Position numbers and translations under genes: made by a program
Notes under the pieces: model-generated
Told to the model about the DNA's origin: nothing
Database searches by the model: none
The model's input: the letters and a program-made list of their open reading frames with translations, nothing else
Assembly: GCF_004765795.1 (NCBI RefSeq)
Contig: NZ_SBIV01000005.1
Location: 1 to 64,000 of the forward strand
DNA: 64,000 nucleotides
From: Halorussus marinus
GTDB lineage: Archaea > Halobacteriota > Halobacteria > Halobacteriales > Haladaptataceae
Reading direction: 5' to 3'
In this document: positions 60,617 through 64,000 of the stretch, in pieces
Layout of the letters: every line of letters starts with the position of its first letter
How positions within the stretch are numbered: the stretch's first letter is position 1

Positions 60617-61429
60617 TCACCGCGTTCGCACGTACCATGCCGCCCCGAGGGCGGCGAGCGCGACCGCGCCGCCGACGAAGAACACGAGCCCCGGCGGCGG
60701 TCCGCCCGCCGCGCTACCGGCGGCCTCGACGGCCGTCGTCGTCGACTGGGCGACGGTGTCGGCCACTGTACCAGCGCCGTCGGCCGACTCTGTCGCCTCG
60801 GCGACCGTCCGGACCGACTCCTCGGCGACGGTCCCGTCGTGGGCGGTGGACTCGGGGGCCGGCGTCGCCTCGGCGCTCTCGGTGACGGTCTCGGAGCGGT
60901 AGTCGGCGTCGCCGCCCGCCGTGGCGTTCTCGGCGGCGGTCGGCGCGGCCCCGGCGTCGCCTCCGGAGCCGGAACCGAGTCGCGGGACGAGGCCGCCGCC
61001 GACGGTCCCTTGGACGAGGAGGCTCGCCAGCCCGAGAATCCCGAGTGCTCCGAGCAGTCGCGAGAGCGCCGACTCGACGCCGGGAGCGTCCTCGTCGCTC
61101 CCGGCGAACACCACGAGCGGCGCGGCCGCCGGAGCGTACACGCTCATCTCGCGACCCTTCTCCGAGTAGATCGTGTCGACGACCTCGACGAGGTCGGCGT
61201 CTTCGAGTTTTCGGAGGTGGTATCGGACGTTCTGGATCGAGGTGTCGGCGGCCTCGGCGAGGGCCGAGGGCGTCCGGGGTTCGTCGTACAGCGCCGCGAG
61301 GACGTCTCGGGCGGTCTCGGACTGGAGGGCGCCGAGGAGGACGTCGGCCTCCTCGCTGTCGACGCCGATGACGCGCGGATCGCCGTCGTCGGCCTCGGCG
61401 TCCGAACTGGAGGGTAACAACCCGGCCAT
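60617..61429 (-). CDS. ArsR-type HTH regulator with two TM segments
   Basis: SETARDVL...SIQNVRYHLRKL...SEKGREM; two hydrophobic segments flanking an acidic Thr/Ala-rich loop. Confidence 0.88.
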   Translation of the reverse strand: MAGLLPSSSDAEADDGDPRVIGVDSEEADVLLGALQSETARDVLAALYDEPRTPSALAEAADTSIQNVRYHLRKLEDADLVEVVDTIYSEKGREMSVYAPAAAPLVVFAGSDEDAPGVESALSRLLGALGILGLASLLVQGTVGGGLVPRLGSGSGGDAGAAPTAAENATAGGDADYRSETVTESAEATPAPESTAHDGTVAEESVRTVAEATESADGAGTVADTVAQSTTTAVEAAGSAAGGPPPGLVFFVGGAVALAALGAAWYVRTR

Positions 61430-61536
61430 ACGCGCGGGATACTCACAGTCGGCCCATAGGCTTGTCCCCGGCGGGCGTCGGCGCCCCGAGCGCGAGCGGT
61501 CGGAACGTGACCAAACCGAAATCCATATCTGTTGTT

Positions 61537-61550
61537 TTAGGCGTACCTAA
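61537..61550. promoter_or_regulatory. DtxR/IdeR-like operator
   Basis: TTAGGCGTACCTAA upstream of the iron ABC ATPase. Confidence 0.65.
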
Positions 61551-61556
61551 TAACGG

Positions 61557-61610
61557 ATGCGAGCGACACGTCCGGCGAGCGTCCGAGCCGACTCACGGAG
61601 GGAGCTATGA
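61557..61610 (+). CDS. Putative leaderless micro-ORF MRATRPASVRADSRREL overlapping the ABC ATPase start
   Basis: CGAAA/CATATCT at 61517-61530, ATG at 61557, internal GGAGGG; ATGA overlap at 61607-61610. Confidence 0.4.
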   Translation: MRATRPASVRADSRREL

Positions 61611-62491
61611 CGAACGACGCAGAACGCGCGGCGGCCGGCGACCGGGGTATCGACGCGACGATCCCCCGCGACGGGACCGGCGCCGACGACACGGCGGAGT
61701 TGCACAGCGCGGTCCTGGGCGAGGACCTCCGGATCGGCTACCCCACGACCGACGAGCCGGTCGTGGAGTGTGCGCGGATCGACGTCCCGGAGGGCGAGAT
61801 CACCGCGCTCGTCGGGCCGAACGGCTCCGGAAAGTCGACGCTGTTGAAGGCGCTCTCGGACCACCTCGAACCCGACGCGGGCGTGGTCGCGCTCAACGGC
61901 CGGGAGATCGGAGAGTTCGGCCAGAAAGAGCTCGCCCGCGAGCTCGGCCACCTGTCACAGGAGAACGACTCGCCCGGCGGCATCACCGTCGAGGAGCTGG
62001 TGTACCACGGTCGCTACCCCCACAGGGGGTTCTTCGAGTCGGTCACGGACGCCGACCGGGCGGCGGTCGAGCGCGCCATCGACCTCGCGGGCGTCGACCA
62101 CCTCCGCGACCAGCAGGTGGGCTCGCTCAGCGGCGGCCAGAAGCAACTGGCGTGGATCGCGATGGTGCTGGCTCAGGACACCGAGGTGCTGTTTCTCGAC
62201 GAACCGACGACGTTCCTCGACCTCCACCACCAGCTCAGGGTGTTAGAGACGGTCCGTCGGCTCAACGAGGAGGAGGGAGTCACGGTCGCGGTCGTCCTTC
62301 ACGACCTCTCGCAGGCCGCTCGGTTCGCCGACTACCTCGTCGCGCTCGACGACGGCGGGGTGTACGACTGGGGGCCGCCCGAGGACGTGGTGACCGAGAA
62401 ACTGCTCGCGGACGTGTTCGCGGTCGACGCCGCGGTCACCAAAGACTCGGGCGTGACCATCCTCCCGAAGCGGGCGCTCGACGACGAGTAG
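61607..62491 (+). CDS. Iron-siderophore ABC ATP-binding protein (FecE/FhuC-like)
   Basis: GPNGSGKST, GRYPH, LSGGQ, LDEPTTFLD, VLHDL. Confidence 0.93.
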   Translation: MTNDAERAAAGDRGIDATIPRDGTGADDTAELHSAVLGEDLRIGYPTTDEPVVECARIDVPEGEITALVGPNGSGKSTLLKALSDHLEPDAGVVALNGREIGEFGQKELARELGHLSQENDSPGGITVEELVYHGRYPHRGFFESVTDADRAAVERAIDLAGVDHLRDQQVGSLSGGQKQLAWIAMVLAQDTEVLFLDEPTTFLDLHHQLRVLETVRRLNEEEGVTVAVVLHDLSQAARFADYLVALDDGGVYDWGPPEDVVTEKLLADVFAVDAAVTKDSGVTILPKRALDDE

Positions 62492-62519
62492 CGGTCGGGT
62501 CGTTTGGATCGACGCATGT

Positions 62520-62570
62520 TTTAGGCCGGCCTAAACCGAAACCGCTTTCAACTTTTAGGCTGGCCTAAAA
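62520..62570. promoter_or_regulatory. Two DtxR/IdeR-like operators
   Basis: TTTAGGCCGGCCTAAA (62520-62535, perfect palindrome) and TTTTAGGCTGGCCTAAAA (62553-62570). Confidence 0.8.
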
Positions 62571-62573
62571 ATT

Positions 62574-63776
62574 ATGGCAGACGACAACGACGCCGAGAGC
62601 CCGACGCGCCGCCGATTCCTGATCGCGGGCGGAACCGCCGCGACAGCCGCCATCGCGGGCTGTACCGGCGCGAGCGACTCCGGGGACCGGACGACCACGA
62701 CCGAGACGACGGCGACGACCGAGGCCGCCACGACCCGACCGGAAACCGACGAGACGACCGACGAGGAGACGACCACCGAAGACTCCTCGTACACGGTCTC
62801 GATGGCTCCGGTCGGCGACGTGACCTTCGAGTCGGTGCCCGAGACGTGGGTCGCGAACAACGGGAGCTGGGCCGACATGGGCGCGGCGCTCGGCGTCGAA
62901 CCGCCGAAGGCGGTCTGGCTGACGAGCCGGTATCACACCCAGTACTACGACGCCATCGACGGCGTCTCGGTCGACAAGAGCGACATGGTCGACCTCTCGC
63001 AGGACGGGGTGAGCAAGGAGTTGTTCTACGACCTCGACGCCGACGTCCACGTCATCGACCCCAACTTCCTGATGAACCGGTTCGGCGGCTGGAAGCAGGC
63101 CGATATCGACGAGATCCGCGACCGGGTCGGTCCGTTCTTCGGCAACAGCATCTTCTCGCAGGGGTACGGCTGGCACGAGGACTACCGGTATTACGACCTC
63201 TACGAGGCGTTCGAGAAGCTCGCGCGGGCGTTCCAACGCACCGACCGCTACGAGGCGTTTAGCGCGCTCCACGAGGAGTTCCAGTCGTCGGTCTCCGAAA
63301 TCGTCCCGCCGGAGGGCGAGCGCCCCGCGGTCGCGATCGCCTGGGCGGGCGCCGACGAACCGGAGACGTTCCTGCCGTACGTCGTGAGCGAGGGGACAAG
63401 CTTCAAGCAGTGGCGCGACCTCGGGGTCCGGGACGCGCTCGCGGAGACCGACGTCGAGGACTTCCACGACAACCGCGGCGAGATCGACTACGAGACCCTG
63501 CTCGAAATCGACCCGGACGTGTTGCTCCTCCGGGGCCACGAGACCAAAACCGCCGCGGAGTTCCGGGACACGGTCGTCTCGTTCATGGCGGACCACGACG
63601 TCGCGAGCAGTCTGAGCGCGGTCCAGAACGGCGACGTCTACCGGGGCGGCCCGCTGTATCAGGGGCCGATCACGAACCTCGTCCTCACCGAGCGCGCCGC
63701 CCAACAGGTCTACGGCGTCGAGGCGGACCTGTTCGACCGCCAGCGCGTCGCCGACATCGTCGCCGGCGACGTCTGA
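62574..63776 (+). CDS. Iron/siderophore ABC substrate-binding lipoprotein (Tat)
   Basis: TRRRFL...AIAGC; YETLLEIDPD, AVQNGDVY, YQGPI; DtxR-like boxes upstream. Confidence 0.88.
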   Translation: MADDNDAESPTRRRFLIAGGTAATAAIAGCTGASDSGDRTTTTETTATTEAATTRPETDETTDEETTTEDSSYTVSMAPVGDVTFESVPETWVANNGSWADMGAALGVEPPKAVWLTSRYHTQYYDAIDGVSVDKSDMVDLSQDGVSKELFYDLDADVHVIDPNFLMNRFGGWKQADIDEIRDRVGPFFGNSIFSQGYGWHEDYRYYDLYEAFEKLARAFQRTDRYEAFSALHEEFQSSVSEIVPPEGERPAVAIAWAGADEPETFLPYVVSEGTSFKQWRDLGVRDALAETDVEDFHDNRGEIDYETLLEIDPDVLLLRGHETKTAAEFRDTVVSFMADHDVASSLSAVQNGDVYRGGPLYQGPITNLVLTERAAQQVYGVEADLFDRQRVADIVAGDV

Positions 63777-63821
63777 GTCGCCGCCGTAACGTTCAATTCT
63801 CGGCCCGTGGTATCGACGCCC

Positions 63822-63968
63822 ATGGCACAGTGCCCTCACTGCGAGTCCGACATCACCGACTGGGCCGAGCGACTGGAGAGCGGCGTGGCCGCGAGCTCGC
63901 CGAAGGTCTGGACCTGCCCGGACTGTGACTCGGTGCTCGGGATCTCCGACTGGGGGTCGAAGACGTAA
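63822..63968 (+). CDS. Small CPxCG-type zinc-finger protein (48 aa); not in the ORF track
   Basis: Hand translation MAQCPHCESDITDWAERLESGVAASSPKVWTCPDCDSVLGISDWGSKT. Confidence 0.8.
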   Translation: MAQCPHCESDITDWAERLESGVAASSPKVWTCPDCDSVLGISDWGSKT

Positions 63969-64000
63969 CGTTAACGCAAACGCAAACGCTTACGCACGGT

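Overview
High-GC haloarchaeal (Halobacteria) DNA, judged from acidic proteins, Tat signals, TATA-proximal leaderless starts and an archaeal 16S 5' end. The window opens with the first 31 nt of a minus-strand 16S rRNA gene, its processing leader and about five tandem promoters. Next come a NikR-like regulator, copA, a partial cobalamin cluster (cbiE, cobT, cbiA, cobO, cbiP), a class Ic-type nrdAB and an Lrp-TRASH regulator. These are followed by a transducer coupled to an opsin that lacks the Schiff-base Lys, and an ABC/CoA-transferase/LeuA-family operon. The middle holds a stand-alone EF-1alpha, a tctCBA transporter and an orc1/cdc6 replication origin with ORB arrays on both sides of the gene. 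The right part has an LLM/M24/EthD/HD cluster, hemE-hemG-hemH interrupted by a P450, and DtxR-boxed iron ABC genes. No tRNA, CRISPR, IS element or prophage was seen. The best leads are: (i) TATA-driven micro-ORFs overlapping the starts of four genes, where the two cob-gene copies share a 25-nt motif; (ii) the Lys-to-Arg opsin/transducer pair; (iii) two unassigned enzyme clusters, one with altered active-site residues. All calls come from reading motifs by eye; no database searches were run.
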